This document shows, piece after piece, positions 1 to 10,600 of a DNA stretch of 54,052 bases; within the stretch, counting starts at the first letter, position 1, and each line of letters opens with the position of its first letter. The notes beneath the pieces were generated by a model. The model saw nothing but the letters and a program-made list of their open reading frames with translations, had not been told where the DNA came from and did not search any database. The stretch comes from Candidatus Eiseniibacteriota bacterium (GTDB lineage Bacteria; JAFGKV01), in contig JALOPK010000003.1 in assembly GCA_025453925.1 (NCBI GenBank), forward strand, positions 1-54,052, given 5' to 3'. The translations under genes and the position numbers were made by a program.

Positions 1-180
1 TGACGGTTCCAGTCCCTGGAATGTCCGACTGGAGGAGACCGTCTGGATCCTCGAGTCTGTGAAGGTGCGGCTTGGTTCGATCCCGGCCTTGAATGCCGCA
101 TCAGTCGACCTCGCCCCGGTCGCAATGCATGCGCAGGGACGGCCTTGCCGGTGGCGTGATCGCACGTTTGATTAACTTCC

Positions 181-196
181 GATCCGAACTCGGATC
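181..196. promoter_or_regulatory. Perfect inverted repeat GATCCGA-AC-TCGGATC upstream of the MBL-rhodanese gene; possible operator
   Basis: Read directly: gatccga(181-187) ac tcggatc(190-196), about 90 nt upstream of the ATG at 287. No regulator gene is visible, so function is a guess. Confidence 0.2.
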
Positions 197-286
197 TCGC
201 TCCGCGCGTCGGCGGCCGGAGGGCCCCGATGAGACGGCGCGGCGCCCGGAACGTCGGACTTCTGTCTTTTCCCATTGGAGTTGCAC

Positions 287-1660
287 ATGCTGCTGAAGAG
301 CTTTTTCGTGCCGAATATCGCGCACAGCTCATACCTGCTCGCAGGATCGGAAACCTGCGCCATCATCGACCCGCAACGCGATGTTGCGGTCTACCTTGAC
401 GTGGCGCGCGATCTCGGTGTGCGGATCACACACGTCCTGGAAACACATCTGCACGCTGACTTCATCTCGGGCCATCTCGACCTGGCCGAGGCGACCGGCG
501 CCGTCATCTACGCGCCGCGGGCCGGGGACTGCGCCTTCGCGCATGAAGGCGTGGCCGGGGGGGATGTCATCCGGCTGGAGGACATGAGTCTGGAAGTGAT
601 GGAAACTCCCGGCCATACGCCCGAGCACGTGTCCTACGTCACCCGCGATCTGTCCAGGGGAGACTCCGCGGTCGGTGTATTCTGCGGGGACACACTTTTC
701 GTCGGCGACGTCGGCCGGCCTGACTTGTTTCCCGGGCGCGCCCGGGAACTGGCAGGGGCGCTGCAGGTCAGCCTTGCCAGACTTCTGGCGCTGCCGGACT
801 TCTGCGAGGTCTACCCGGCGCACGGCGCCGGATCGCTCTGTGGGCGGGACATGGCGGCCAAGTTGCAGAGCACGATCGGTTACGAGCGGCGGCACAACCC
901 CGCCCTCCAGATCGCTGACCGTGACGAGTTCATTCGATCCCTCACGACAGACATGCCTGCGGCGCCTGATCACTTTGCCCGATGCAGCGACATCAACAGG
1001 CAGGGGCCTGTGCGAGTGTCGGAGCTCTCGCCACCTGTTCCCTTGGCGCCAACCGAGTTTCGCGAGCCGATGCGGCGCGGCGGCGCCGAGCTGGACGTAC
1101 GGGACTACGACGCGTTCGGAGCCCTCCATGTTCCGGGAGCCATCAGCATCCCCATGAGCGGCAACCTCCCCGTCTTCGCCGGATGGATCATTCCGGCCGA
1201 TGCTGAAATCCTCTTGGTCGCGGCGGACGATATGGCGGTGGAGGATGCCGTGATCTGGCTGCGGCGTGTCGGCCATGATCGCGCGGTGGGCTACCTCGAT
1301 GGAGGGATGCACTCCTGGGCGGCGGCGGGGCTGTCGACGGAGCGCGTGCCGCAGATCTCGGCGCGGGAGCTCCGGAAGGATGTGTCAGGGGATGGGCAGC
1401 GCCTCGTCCTCGACGTCAGGAGCGCGGATGAGTTCCAGCATGCGGCCTCTCGAATCCCGGGCAGCATCAACATCCCCGCAACCCAAGTGCGCACACGTTG
1501 TGGAGAGTTGCCGAAGGACCGGAAGATCGTGGTCGTCTGCGGATCCGGTCCGCGGTCGAGCATGGCGGCCAGTCTTCTCCAGCGCGCCGGGTTCTCGCGC
1601 GTCTGCAATGTGGCAGGGGGAATGGAGGGATTCAAGGCGGCCGGAGAGGTGATGGAGTAG
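287..1660 (+). CDS. MBL-fold persulfide-dioxygenase-like hydrolase fused to two rhodanese domains
   Basis: HLHADFISGH (HxHxDH metallo-beta-lactamase motif) and ETPGHTPEH. The C-terminal half has two rhodanese-like repeats, and only the second carries an active-site loop (VVVCGSGPRSS). ATG at 287 follows GGAG (277-280) at 6-nt spacing; the track start at 275 is a TTG. Confidence 0.85.
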   Translation: MLLKSFFVPNIAHSSYLLAGSETCAIIDPQRDVAVYLDVARDLGVRITHVLETHLHADFISGHLDLAEATGAVIYAPRAGDCAFAHEGVAGGDVIRLEDMSLEVMETPGHTPEHVSYVTRDLSRGDSAVGVFCGDTLFVGDVGRPDLFPGRARELAGALQVSLARLLALPDFCEVYPAHGAGSLCGRDMAAKLQSTIGYERRHNPALQIADRDEFIRSLTTDMPAAPDHFARCSDINRQGPVRVSELSPPVPLAPTEFREPMRRGGAELDVRDYDAFGALHVPGAISIPMSGNLPVFAGWIIPADAEILLVAADDMAVEDAVIWLRRVGHDRAVGYLDGGMHSWAAAGLSTERVPQISARELRKDVSGDGQRLVLDVRSADEFQHAASRIPGSINIPATQVRTRCGELPKDRKIVVVCGSGPRSSMAASLLQRAGFSRVCNVAGGMEGFKAAGEVME

Positions 1661-1838
1661 CCGATCTGCAGCAGGCAGCCCGACCGTGGAGGTCCCCACG
1701 ACCCCACGCACGGAACCAGAAGAGGAAAACAACGCCGCCGTGCTCCCCGAGCGCGCTCAGGGGCAACGCCAAGGCCTCGATATCGCCGAGTAGATCAGAT
1801 GCTCGCCCGGGAACTCTGTTGGGACGGAGGAGTCACAT

Positions 1839-1964
1839 ATGGCTGGCAACTCCGGCAGGCTTCCTGCCTGTGGTTGTCGCGTGCTGGTGCCAAAGGCCGC
1901 GGTGCGGTGCGGTGCGCCGGCGGAAGAATGTACCGAACCCTGCGGCCTGACTAACTGGAACTGA
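1839..1964 (+). CDS. Candidate 41-aa Cys-rich micro-ORF (MAGNSGRLPACGCRVLVPKAAVRCGAPAEECTEPCGLTNWN)
   Basis: Hand translation; below the 60-aa cut-off of the ORF track. ATG is preceded by GGAGGAG (1826-1832) at 6-nt spacing. It has 5 Cys and ends 25 nt before the SagB-type gene. It could be a chance ORF in GC-rich DNA. Confidence 0.3.
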   Translation: MAGNSGRLPACGCRVLVPKAAVRCGAPAEECTEPCGLTNWN

Positions 1965-1989
1965 CCACTGAGAACGCGGAGGTGCGTCG

Positions 1990-2658
1990 ATGTGTTCGAT
2001 CTTTGCGGTGGCCGTGGGGGTGACGCTCGCCACGGCCGAGCCCATCACCTTGCCACCGCCTGACCTGGCCGGCGGCATCTCTTTGAACACGGCACTGGCC
2101 CACCGGCGGTCGGTGCGGGAGTACGCGGACCCGCGGCTGTCTCCGGACGACCTGGGGGCACTCCTATGGGCGGGGCAGGGCATCACGTCGCCCGAAGGCT
2201 TCAGGACTGCGCCATCGGCGGGGGGCCTGTACCCGTTGACCCTTTATGTGGCGACGCGCGCGGTAGAGGGGCTGGGAGCCGCCGTGTACCGGTATGATCC
2301 CGAGGTCCACGCGCTCACCCTCACGCGAGAGCCGTTTGTGCCTCTGGCACTGTGGGCGGCGTCACTCCAGCAGGAGCCCCTCCGCCAGGCACCCGCGGTC
2401 ATCGTGGTGGCGGGCGCGGTGGAGAGGACCGCGGCCAAGTACGGCGACCGCGCGCGGCAGTACATGCTGATCGAGGCCGGCCACGCGGCACAGAACATCC
2501 TGCTGGAGGCTGCGGCTTTGGGGTTGGCGGCGGTACCTGTCGGTGCGTTCTACGAAGGCCATGCCAAGGAAGCGCTCGGGATCACCGAAGAACCCCTGCT
2601 GCTGATCCCGGTAGGGAAAGCGAGGGGAGGCCTTTCACCCAACGGAGAGGGTGAGTAG
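1990..2658 (+). CDS. SagB/ThcOx-type dehydrogenase domain protein (nitroreductase superfamily)
   Basis: AHRRSVREY, TAPSAGGLYPL, YRYDP..HAL, KYGDRARQYMLIEAGHAAQNILLEAAALGL and PVGAF match the SagB-type dehydrogenase pattern. N-terminus is short and hydrophobic. GGAGG lies upstream of the ATG. Confidence 0.8.
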   Translation: MCSIFAVAVGVTLATAEPITLPPPDLAGGISLNTALAHRRSVREYADPRLSPDDLGALLWAGQGITSPEGFRTAPSAGGLYPLTLYVATRAVEGLGAAVYRYDPEVHALTLTREPFVPLALWAASLQQEPLRQAPAVIVVAGAVERTAAKYGDRARQYMLIEAGHAAQNILLEAAALGLAAVPVGAFYEGHAKEALGITEEPLLLIPVGKARGGLSPNGEGE

Positions 2659-2832
2659 GCCGTCACGCAGCCCACGGCCCCGATCGCGCTGCGGCATCCG
2701 GGCTGGCGCACCCTTTGTGTCCGGGCCTCCGGCCATGGATCCCTTGGACGTCGTCCGGGTACTCTCAACTGACGCACCCACGACACCTATCAGGCGCGCT
2801 CTACGGCCGTGAACCATACCAGGGAGCTTCCC

Positions 2833-5800
2833 ATGCGTGCACCTATACTGATGCTGGCCTTTGCCACGCTGTATGCCCATGCGGGCTACGCAATACCTCC
2901 CGCCCCCCGCTGGGTCGTGTCCGAGCGCCCTAACGGCCTTGACATCTCTCTCAGTCGGGCTCCGTGGACATCATTCCCGCTCGAAGACGGCACGCACACC
3001 GTGATCCGCGCCACCGGTGCGGCACTGACCCGGGAGGTCGGATGGCCCGAGCTTCCCGCGTACCACCTCCTGTTCGCCGTGCCGCCGGGTTGTGAACCCG
3101 TTCTGCGGTCCGAGGTCCGCACAACGGATCGACACGCGCTCCGTGCCGCCCCCGTCGGCGTGTGGAGCTCAACGGACAAAGTGCTGTCGGTCCAACGTTC
3201 CAGCAGCGTGCCGGTCGCCCTGACAGGGGAGCTGTATCCATCTCGCTGGGCCACCATCGAGCCCTGGGGAAGATTCCGGGGCGTGCAGCTCTACGCGCTG
3301 GACATCCGGCCCCTGCAGCAGCGCCTGGGCATGACGGAGATCATCGAGAACGTGGGAATGTCGGTGGAGATCTCGTGGGATCCTCCTTCTCATTCGGGCG
3401 CCCCCCCTATCGAGAGCCGCTATCTCCCCGTGCTGAAGAGCATGGTCATGAACGATGAGTTTGCGTCCAGTGTGGGCACCGTCTCCCCGGCCCGCGCACC
3501 CGTTGTGTGGGAACCACCCTATCCGGCGGTGAAGATCACTGTGCCGCCGGGTCGACCCGCGGTGATTCACCGGGAGGATCTCGCGGCCGCCGCCCCGGAT
3601 CTGGCCGCCATGTCACCCGAGGATCTCTCGTTGTCGTGGAAGGGCGCCGAGCTGCCGTGCATCGTCGAGACCAGCGGCGACACCTTCGACCGCATCTCGT
3701 TTCTGAGCCCGCCCCTGCCGGTCGAGTACGCGAATGAGACCTTTCACAATGTCATGTGGCTGGGGCGTGGCAGCGGCCTGCAGCCAATGTCCCGGCGGGA
3801 TGCAACGCCCCTGGCCTCCTCTCCCGAGATGACATCCCATCCCGCCACGCTCACCGTGGCCGAGGAACTGGAACATTCCGACTACACCAGTGCCGGCGAC
3901 GCTTTGCAGTGGTGGTGGTCGCATGTGGAGGTGAAGTCCCCGGGACAAACCAGCAGCACCAACGTGAGCGTGGGGCTTTCTTCGCTGGACAAGACCCGCC
4001 CCGTTACCCTCACCCTGACGGGGAGCGCCGACACCTGGACGAGCCACCGGCTGCGGGTGTCCATCGCAGGGCACATGCTCGCCGACACCACGTGGACCAA
4101 CAGGGGCACATTCGGAGTGACTGCCACGGTGCCCACTGAGCTGGTCTTCGTGGGCACCAACGTCGTGAAGATCGAAGCGGTCGGCCAGACCACCACCACG
4201 GACAGGATCTGGATCAAGAGCGTCACCTTCCGGTTCTTCACCGGCACGGCGGCGATAGACAGCCTCCGGTTCGCCGGCGCGACTGGCGATCCTGGGCGAT
4301 ACCGCTACCGGGTCGAGGGGTTCCGTTACCCGGAAGTCACCGTGATTGATGCCACCGACCCCGAGGATCCGGTTCAGCTCACCGGCCCCGCCACTGAGCT
4401 GATCACGGGAGGGTATGCGCTGACGTTCGGTGACTCCGCCATGCAGGCGGCTCCTCGCCAGTACGTGGTGTTCGCTCCGGATCGCGGCGCGTCCCGGCCC
4501 ACGCTGGAGTCGCGCGTCGAGGGCGTGTTGGGATCGGTAGGTGGGGCCGACTACCTCGTGGTCACGCACCCGCTTTTCGCCGACCAGGCATCCCGACTGG
4601 CATCCTATCGGGAGAGCAGAGGATTCACCCCGCTGGTCGTTGACGTGAACGAGGTATTCGACCGATTTGGATGGGGCTACCCCTCGAGCCGCGCGCTCGA
4701 CGAATTCGTGGCCTGGGCGTATGCATCGTTCGATCCGCGGCCCGGTTTCGTGGTACTCGTGGGAGACGGTTCTTCAAGGCAGCGCCACGGCAATGAAACC
4801 TCCCCCAATCTGATTCCGGTGCGACTGGTCAGTCGCGTGGCTGACGAGAACGCCTATGCCGACGTGGACGATGACCCGCACCAGCTCCCCGACGTCGCCA
4901 TCGGCCGCCTCAGCGTCCAAACCGCGGGGCAGGCAGCCGAGTTCATCGACAAGATCATCGCCGCGGAGACGCAGAGTGCGCCCTCGCCCGCCCACGCCAG
5001 GATCGCGCTCTTTGCCGATGATGCCAGCGGGAGCGCCAGCCAGCCGGGGTTCGCCTACGATTGCGAGCAGATCCTCGCCAGCGTGAGTCCGGCGTACTTC
5101 CCCGAACGGATCTATTTGAGCTACAACGGGGGCTCCAACGATGCGTGGAACGACCGCCCCACCATGCTGCACTCCCGCGCAAAGGGCGAGGCCTACTACC
5201 GGCCATGGATACTGGATACGGTTCGCGACGGCATTCTCATACTCACCTATGTCGGCCACGGCGGGGTAAACACCTGGGCCACGGAGTGGATCATCACCTC
5301 GGATGACGCGCCGGAGATGCTCACGGCACCCAACTATCCGTTCATGACCAGCTTCAGTTGCGACACCGGCCGGTTCGATGATCCGGACTATGACATCATC
5401 ATGGCCGAGCACTTTACCCGCTGGCGCGAGGGAGCGCTGGCCTTCTTCAGTTCCTCCCGTGAGAGCTACCCCTCTGACAACAGCGTCCTCTCTGCGAACC
5501 TCCACCAGGCATTGCTGGATGACGGCATTCATGAGATCGGCCTCGCCATCCAGGTGGCGAAGTTCCAGAGCGACATTTCGTATGTGTGTCGCACCTACTC
5601 GCTGCTGGGCGATCCTGCTTCCGCACTGCCCGTGCCGTCTCAGGGCGATCTGACGGTGTCGGTTGTTCCGGAGGTGGTGACCGACGGTACGACCGTGTCT
5701 GCTCTCATCACGTGGTCGGCCATCGCCACCGCGGAAGCATCCATGGAACTGGCAGACGCATTCGGGATCCCCCTGGCATCCCGGACGCAGAGCCTCTCCC

Positions 5801-6975
5801 TGCCGTGGACATCGGTGGTGACCACCGCCGAAGCACCACCCCCGGGAGAGGGCGTCTTCCGGGTGTACGGCCGAAGCGGAGCACAGGAAGCGCTCACCAT
5901 GGCGCCGTTCACCAGCCCCGTGAACATCGACACGGCGGAGGTGACGCCCGAGGGCGGAAGCGGCGGGACTGTTGCCAGCAACAACGGGAACATTCTGGTG
6001 TCGGTGCCGCCGGGATGCGTCGACGACACTACCGTCGTGCGCATCACGGCAGGTTCGGTAACGAGGGTGAGCACCCAAAGCCACATGGACGTGTGTCCCG
6101 TGCCAGGCGCGGGTACGGGACGGGCGTACCAGGTGCGCTTCGACAGCGGTGAGCTTGGTCAGGCTCCATTGTCGGTCCGGATGGCCTATGACACCAACTG
6201 GTTGCTTCCAGTGGATGTGGACAGCCTCATGGCCGCCATGTGGAACCCTGGCATAGGCCTCTGGGTCGGACTTCCCAGCACCGTCGCCGGAGGTCGGGTG
6301 GAGGCGGAGCCGCCGACCAGCGGCCAGTTCACGATACTCGTGGTCTACGATCGGGAGCCCCCGATTGTCACGCATACGGAGATTCAGGACGGTAGCGCCT
6401 GGAGGGCCTTCCAGGAGGGCGAATTCGCCGCGACGGGCGACTGGATGCGGTTCACTTTGGCCGACCACGACGGGATTCTGGGTTCCAGCGTTCGCGTTCG
6501 CATTGGTGGGCGGTCGGCGGTTGCCACGTTCGAGGCCATGGCCCAGGGCCAGCAGGAGGGCCGGGTGGTGGTCCAGCTTCCGGAGATGCCATCGGGAACG
6601 CACACGTTGGCGCTGGATGTATCCGACGTGTACGGCAACGCTGCCACCCACACCCTGACCGTCCGTCTGGGCGCCGACTTCGTCATCGCGGGGTTCGCCG
6701 CTGTACCGAATCCCTTCCCGGCCGGCACGACCCTGCGGTTTGTGCTGTCGGCCGACGCGCTCCGCGCGGTGGCGCGCGTGTACACGGTCAGCGGCCGGCT
6801 GATCCGTGAGATCGAACTTGCGAGTCCCGTCCGGGGAACGAATCTGATGGCATGGGACGGTCTGGATCAGGACGGCGACCGGATCGCCGGAGGAGTCTAT
6901 CTCGTGCGTCTTCAGGTTGACGCACAGGGTCTCGGCGCGCACGCCGAGACCAAGGTGGTGCGGAGGCCGGCGTGA
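2833..6975 (+). CDS. Large secreted peptidase C25 (gingipain-like) family protein with FlgD-Ig/T9SS-type C-terminal domain
   Basis: Signal peptide MRAPILMLAFATLYAHA. C25 core YLVVTHPLFADQASRLASYRESRGFTPLVVDV. Catalytic-dyad-like YVGHGG and FMTSFSCDTGRFD. C-terminus VPNPFPAGTTLRF...GVYLVRLQVDAQG is typical of FlgD-like sorting domains. AGGGAG lies 7 nt before the ATG at 2833. Confidence 0.85.
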   Translation: MRAPILMLAFATLYAHAGYAIPPAPRWVVSERPNGLDISLSRAPWTSFPLEDGTHTVIRATGAALTREVGWPELPAYHLLFAVPPGCEPVLRSEVRTTDRHALRAAPVGVWSSTDKVLSVQRSSSVPVALTGELYPSRWATIEPWGRFRGVQLYALDIRPLQQRLGMTEIIENVGMSVEISWDPPSHSGAPPIESRYLPVLKSMVMNDEFASSVGTVSPARAPVVWEPPYPAVKITVPPGRPAVIHREDLAAAAPDLAAMSPEDLSLSWKGAELPCIVETSGDTFDRISFLSPPLPVEYANETFHNVMWLGRGSGLQPMSRRDATPLASSPEMTSHPATLTVAEELEHSDYTSAGDALQWWWSHVEVKSPGQTSSTNVSVGLSSLDKTRPVTLTLTGSADTWTSHRLRVSIAGHMLADTTWTNRGTFGVTATVPTELVFVGTNVVKIEAVGQTTTTDRIWIKSVTFRFFTGTAAIDSLRFAGATGDPGRYRYRVEGFRYPEVTVIDATDPEDPVQLTGPATELITGGYALTFGDSAMQAAPRQYVVFAPDRGASRPTLESRVEGVLGSVGGADYLVVTHPLFADQASRLASYRESRGFTPLVVDVNEVFDRFGWGYPSSRALDEFVAWAYASFDPRPGFVVLVGDGSSRQRHGNETSPNLIPVRLVSRVADENAYADVDDDPHQLPDVAIGRLSVQTAGQAAEFIDKIIAAETQSAPSPAHARIALFADDASGSASQPGFAYDCEQILASVSPAYFPERIYLSYNGGSNDAWNDRPTMLHSRAKGEAYYRPWILDTVRDGILILTYVGHGGVNTWATEWIITSDDAPEMLTAPNYPFMTSFSCDTGRFDDPDYDIIMAEHFTRWREGALAFFSSSRESYPSDNSVLSANLHQALLDDGIHEIGLAIQVAKFQSDISYVCRTYSLLGDPASALPVPSQGDLTVSVVPEVVTDGTTVSALITWSAIATAEASMELADAFGIPLASRTQSLSLPWTSVVTTAEAPPPGEGVFRVYGRSGAQEALTMAPFTSPVNIDTAEVTPEGGSGGTVASNNGNILVSVPPGCVDDTTVVRITAGSVTRVSTQSHMDVCPVPGAGTGRAYQVRFDSGELGQAPLSVRMAYDTNWLLPVDVDSLMAAMWNPGIGLWVGLPSTVAGGRVEAEPPTSGQFTILVVYDREPPIVTHTEIQDGSAWRAFQEGEFAATGDWMRFTLADHDGILGSSVRVRIGGRSAVATFEAMAQGQQEGRVVVQLPEMPSGTHTLALDVSDVYGNAATHTLTVRLGADFVIAGFAAVPNPFPAGTTLRFVLSADALRAVARVYTVSGRLIREIELASPVRGTNLMAWDGLDQDGDRIAGGVYLVRLQVDAQGLGAHAETKVVRRPA

Positions 6976-7616
6976 TCCTTCTGCTGGTGGTGCTGGCGGC
7001 GGGCACGCTCGACACGGGACCGGCCGCGTTCACGATCGGACGGCTTAAGTATGGAGGAGGAGGCGATTGGTATGCCAACCCCTCGTCTCTCCCGAATCTG
7101 CTGGGCAGGGTGGGCGCCGACCTGAACATTGCCGTGGCGGAACGTGAGGATGTCGTGGAGCTCATGAGCCCCGATCTCTTTCGGCATCCATTTCTCCATG
7201 CGACAGGGCATGGAGAAATGCGGTTCACCGACCTTGAGGCGGGGCGTCTGCGGGGGTTTCTCCTGCGCGGAGGTTTCCTGCACGTCGATGACAACTACGG
7301 GCTCGACGCGTCGTTCCGGAGGGAGATCGCCAGAGTTTTCCCGGACAGGGCTCTCGTGCGTCTGGCCCCCGGCCACGCGATCTTCTCCCGCCCGCATGCG
7401 TTCCCCGGTGGATTGCCGAAGATCCACGAACACGACGGCGCCCCGGCACAGGCATTCGCCGTGCTGGATGGTGAGCGAGTCATGGTCCTGTACACCTTCA
7501 GTTGCGACCTGGGCGACGGCTGGGAGGATGAGCGCGTGCACAACGATCCACCCGAGCTGCGGGATGCTGCACTCAAGATGGGGGTGAACATCGTTGCCTA
7601 CGCACTCACGCACTGA
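6972..7616 (+). CDS. DUF4159 domain protein (Bat/aerotolerance-type cluster member)
   Basis: RLKYGGGGDWYANPSSLPNLL...FRHPFLHATGHGEMRF...LRGFLLRGGFLHVDDNYG matches the remembered DUF4159 signature. GTG start overlaps the stop of the C25 gene (GTGA). Confidence 0.7.
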   Translation: MILLLVVLAAGTLDTGPAAFTIGRLKYGGGGDWYANPSSLPNLLGRVGADLNIAVAEREDVVELMSPDLFRHPFLHATGHGEMRFTDLEAGRLRGFLLRGGFLHVDDNYGLDASFRREIARVFPDRALVRLAPGHAIFSRPHAFPGGLPKIHEHDGAPAQAFAVLDGERVMVLYTFSCDLGDGWEDERVHNDPPELRDAALKMGVNIVAYALTH

Positions 7617-7658
7617 CCCCCGGAGCCCACCCGGCGGATACGGGAGCTCCTGAGCATC

Positions 7659-10600
7659 ATGGCTGCCATGCCCCCCTCCCTGCTGTTGGGCAGACTCGCG
7701 CGTCTGGAACGCGCCAGGTGGCGCCGGGCAGTCCTGCGCGGCATAGTGTCGGGCGCGGGGTGGCTGCTCGTCGTGACCTCCGTCCTCAGCTCTGCCGCGG
7801 GCCTGCATCAGATCCCCGCGGAGCTGCGATGGGTGCTGTTGACGGCCGGCGGGCTTGCGCTGGTGCGGGCACTGAGAGGGGGCGCCGAGCTTGCGGGACA
7901 TAGCCCTGAGCGGACGGCGGCGGTGCTGGAGGCCCTCGCGCCGAGTCTTGAGCGCAGGATTCGGCCGGCCGTTGATCTGGCCCGCCGCCTTGTGCCTGGT
8001 ACCAGCATGGAACTCACGGAACTCGCCCAGGAGCAGGCGCTGGAACGGCTCGACGGAATCGACCCGTCCAGGCTGCTCGGCACCTGTGCGCCCCTGCCCT
8101 GGCGTCCGCTGGCGTTGGGGACGCTGCTGACGCTGTTTGCCACGGGTGCATCGGGCGGTTGCCCCATGCCATGGGCGCGCGCCTGTCTGCCGTGGCATGA
8201 CCCCCCTGCACCGCTTCCCCGGCTCCTGACCGTGGCCCCAGGGGACACCAGCGTGGTGGCGGGCTCCCCGGTGACAGTGCGGTGCCTGGTGGCATGGCTT
8301 CGAGATGAAGGAGCGGTGGTGGAAACCCGCCGTCCCGGCGAGATGGACGCGAGACTCCCCCTCGAGCCTTCGGGGACGCCCGGCCCCCGCACGACCCTCA
8401 CCGCTACCCTCCGGTTTCCCAAGGGTGGCTACCAGTACCGGGTATCGGCTGGGCCCGAGGTGAGTCCATGGTTCGCGGTCGATCAATACCACCCCCTTGA
8501 GATCACCGATGCCCGCCTGACGTATCACTTCCCGCCCTACACCGGGCTCGACAGTATGCGCCTCGTGGGCATCCCCCGGGAGATCAGGGGGCTTCGCGGT
8601 ACCCGCGTGGTGCTTGTCTTGCAGGGCAACAACCCTCTGACTGAATGCGTGTGCCGGCTGTGGTGCGAGCCGCCATGCACCATGCGTGTCGATGAGAGAA
8701 CGGCTGACGGCGAGTTCACCATCGAACGCGGTGCGGCGGCGGCGTTCGCGGTTCGGGATCGCATGGGACAACACGCCTCCATGGGGCCGGTTCCGGTCTA
8801 CATGACCGCCGATGAATCCCCGACCATCGACGCACTGATCCCGGGGTGCGACACGCTGCTGTCCCGGGATGTCAACGCGCTGGTCGGAGCGTCAGCCCAC
8901 GATGACTTCGGTCTCTCATTGGTCGCTGTGCGGTACACCATGGGGGAACGGGAGGACACGCTGGTCCTGGCGAAAGGTCGCATGGGCACCGTGGGGAGCT
9001 GGGTGCGCACCTGGGACCTTTCGCCGTTGGGCTTGCTGCCCGAGGATATCGTGAGCTACCGTTTCGAGGTAACGGACAACGACGCAGTGAGTGGCCCCAA
9101 ACGGACCGCCTCCCGGTGGTTCCGTCTCCGGTTCCCCGGTCTTGATGAGATCATGGCGTCCATCGGCCAGGAGCAGACCAGCGTCATCGACAGCCTGGAG
9201 GCGTTGTCGGGTGAAGGAAACGACCTGCGCGAGGAGTTAAGAAGCATCGCCGCGGAACTCTCTGGCGCCGACGCGGCCGACTGGGGAACCCGGGAGGATC
9301 TGAAGGCGCTGGCCGCCGAGCAGCGCGCACTGGGCGAGCGGTTGGCGCGCGCCGCCGAGGATCTGGCTCGCATCGAGCGGATGGCGGAGGAGGAGGAGCT
9401 GTTCACCGCGGAGCTTCTCGACCGAGTGGCCACCGTTCAGGAGCTCCTGCGTACTCTTCGGCTCCCTGAGTTGGACCGGGCCCTGGATGAGCTGCAGCAC
9501 GCCGTCGACACGGTGAACCCCCGGGAGCTGGAACAGGCTCTGAGTCGCCTGGCTGACCATCAGGAGCGCATCCTGGAGGGGCTCGACCGCGCAATCCAGA
9601 TGCTGAAGAGGCTCGAGGCCGCGCAGAGATTGTCCTCCCTGGCGCGAACCGCCGAGCGGATCGAGGGCGAACAGGAAAACCTGGTGGAGGCGCCAAAGAC
9701 GGGAGAGCAGGCAGGGTACGAGGCGCGGCTGGGAGAGGACCTGGCACGACTCCAGGAGGCCATGGGTGACCTCACCAAAGACATGCGGAGCGTCTCCACG
9801 GTGGTGGCCGACAGTCTCGCCGCCGCGTCGCAGCGTGTGCAGGCCTCAGGTGCACAGGAAGCGATGGAGCAGGCGGCCGGCGCGATGCGGTCGGGTTCTC
9901 CAGACGCCCCGGATCTCCAGGCGAAGGCGCTGGCCGGAGCGCAGAGGCTGGCGGCGGATCTTCAGGCCGCCGAGAGCTCCATGGGCGGGCAAGACCTGGC
10001 ACAGTTGATGGAAAACCTGGCCGCAGCGGAGCGGACGGTTGCCGATCTCGCATACGAGCAGCAGCAGCTCGCCGCACGGCCTGGGGACGCCGCGGCGGAT
10101 CACCCCCGGCAAGTGGGCGTCGCCGAGGCGCTGCGCATCCTGCGGGAGCAGACCGAAGAGACGCTGGCCAAGGGACTGGGCCCGGCAGCAGCTGACGTCC
10201 TGGGCACCATGGCCCGGGCGCAGAACGAACTCGATCGAGCTGCGGCACAAGGGTCTCGCGGTCTGAAAGACCGTGCATCCGCGCTTCGGGCGCTCAACAC
10301 CGTGTCCGGCTCACTCAGCGCCCTCAGGCAGAATCTCCAGGCGATGTCGTGCTCCGACAACTCCGGTATGGAGGAGCTCTTCGGTCTCTCCCAGGCCCAG
10401 GGGCAGCTGAACCAATCGTGTCAGTCGCTGCTGCCGCGCGCAGGCGGTCTGTCGCGGGAAATGCTCGCCTCCCTGGCCGCCCGCCAGCAATTGATCCGTG
10501 ATCAGCTGTCCCGCATCGGTCAGGGCAGGCAGGGTGATGGCAGCGTGACCGGCGATCTGGGCGGCATCGGTCGGGAGATGGAGGATCTCGTCTCCCGGCT

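Noticed and set aside
78-100. tRNA-like T-arm sequence (GGTTCGATCCCGG) near the window start
   Set aside because: The putative T-stem needs two G-U pairs and a mismatch. There is no complementary 5' acceptor strand in nt 1-77 and no CCA or discriminator context. It may instead lie in the 3' end of an upstream gene (frame 2 is open to the TAA at ~170-172), which I cannot support either.
4774-6942. Very long antisense or alternative-frame ORFs. Examples: 329-1312 minus, 3613-4569 minus, 4774-6942 minus, 6912-8774 minus, 10311-11723 minus, 23654-25012 plus, 26417-27556 plus, 34498-35727 plus, 37762-39060 plus.
   Set aside because: They are shadow ORFs opposite or overlapping genes with clear family motifs. 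Their translations are Arg/Gly/Pro/His-rich with no recognisable domains, as expected in high-GC genomes where stop codons are rare.
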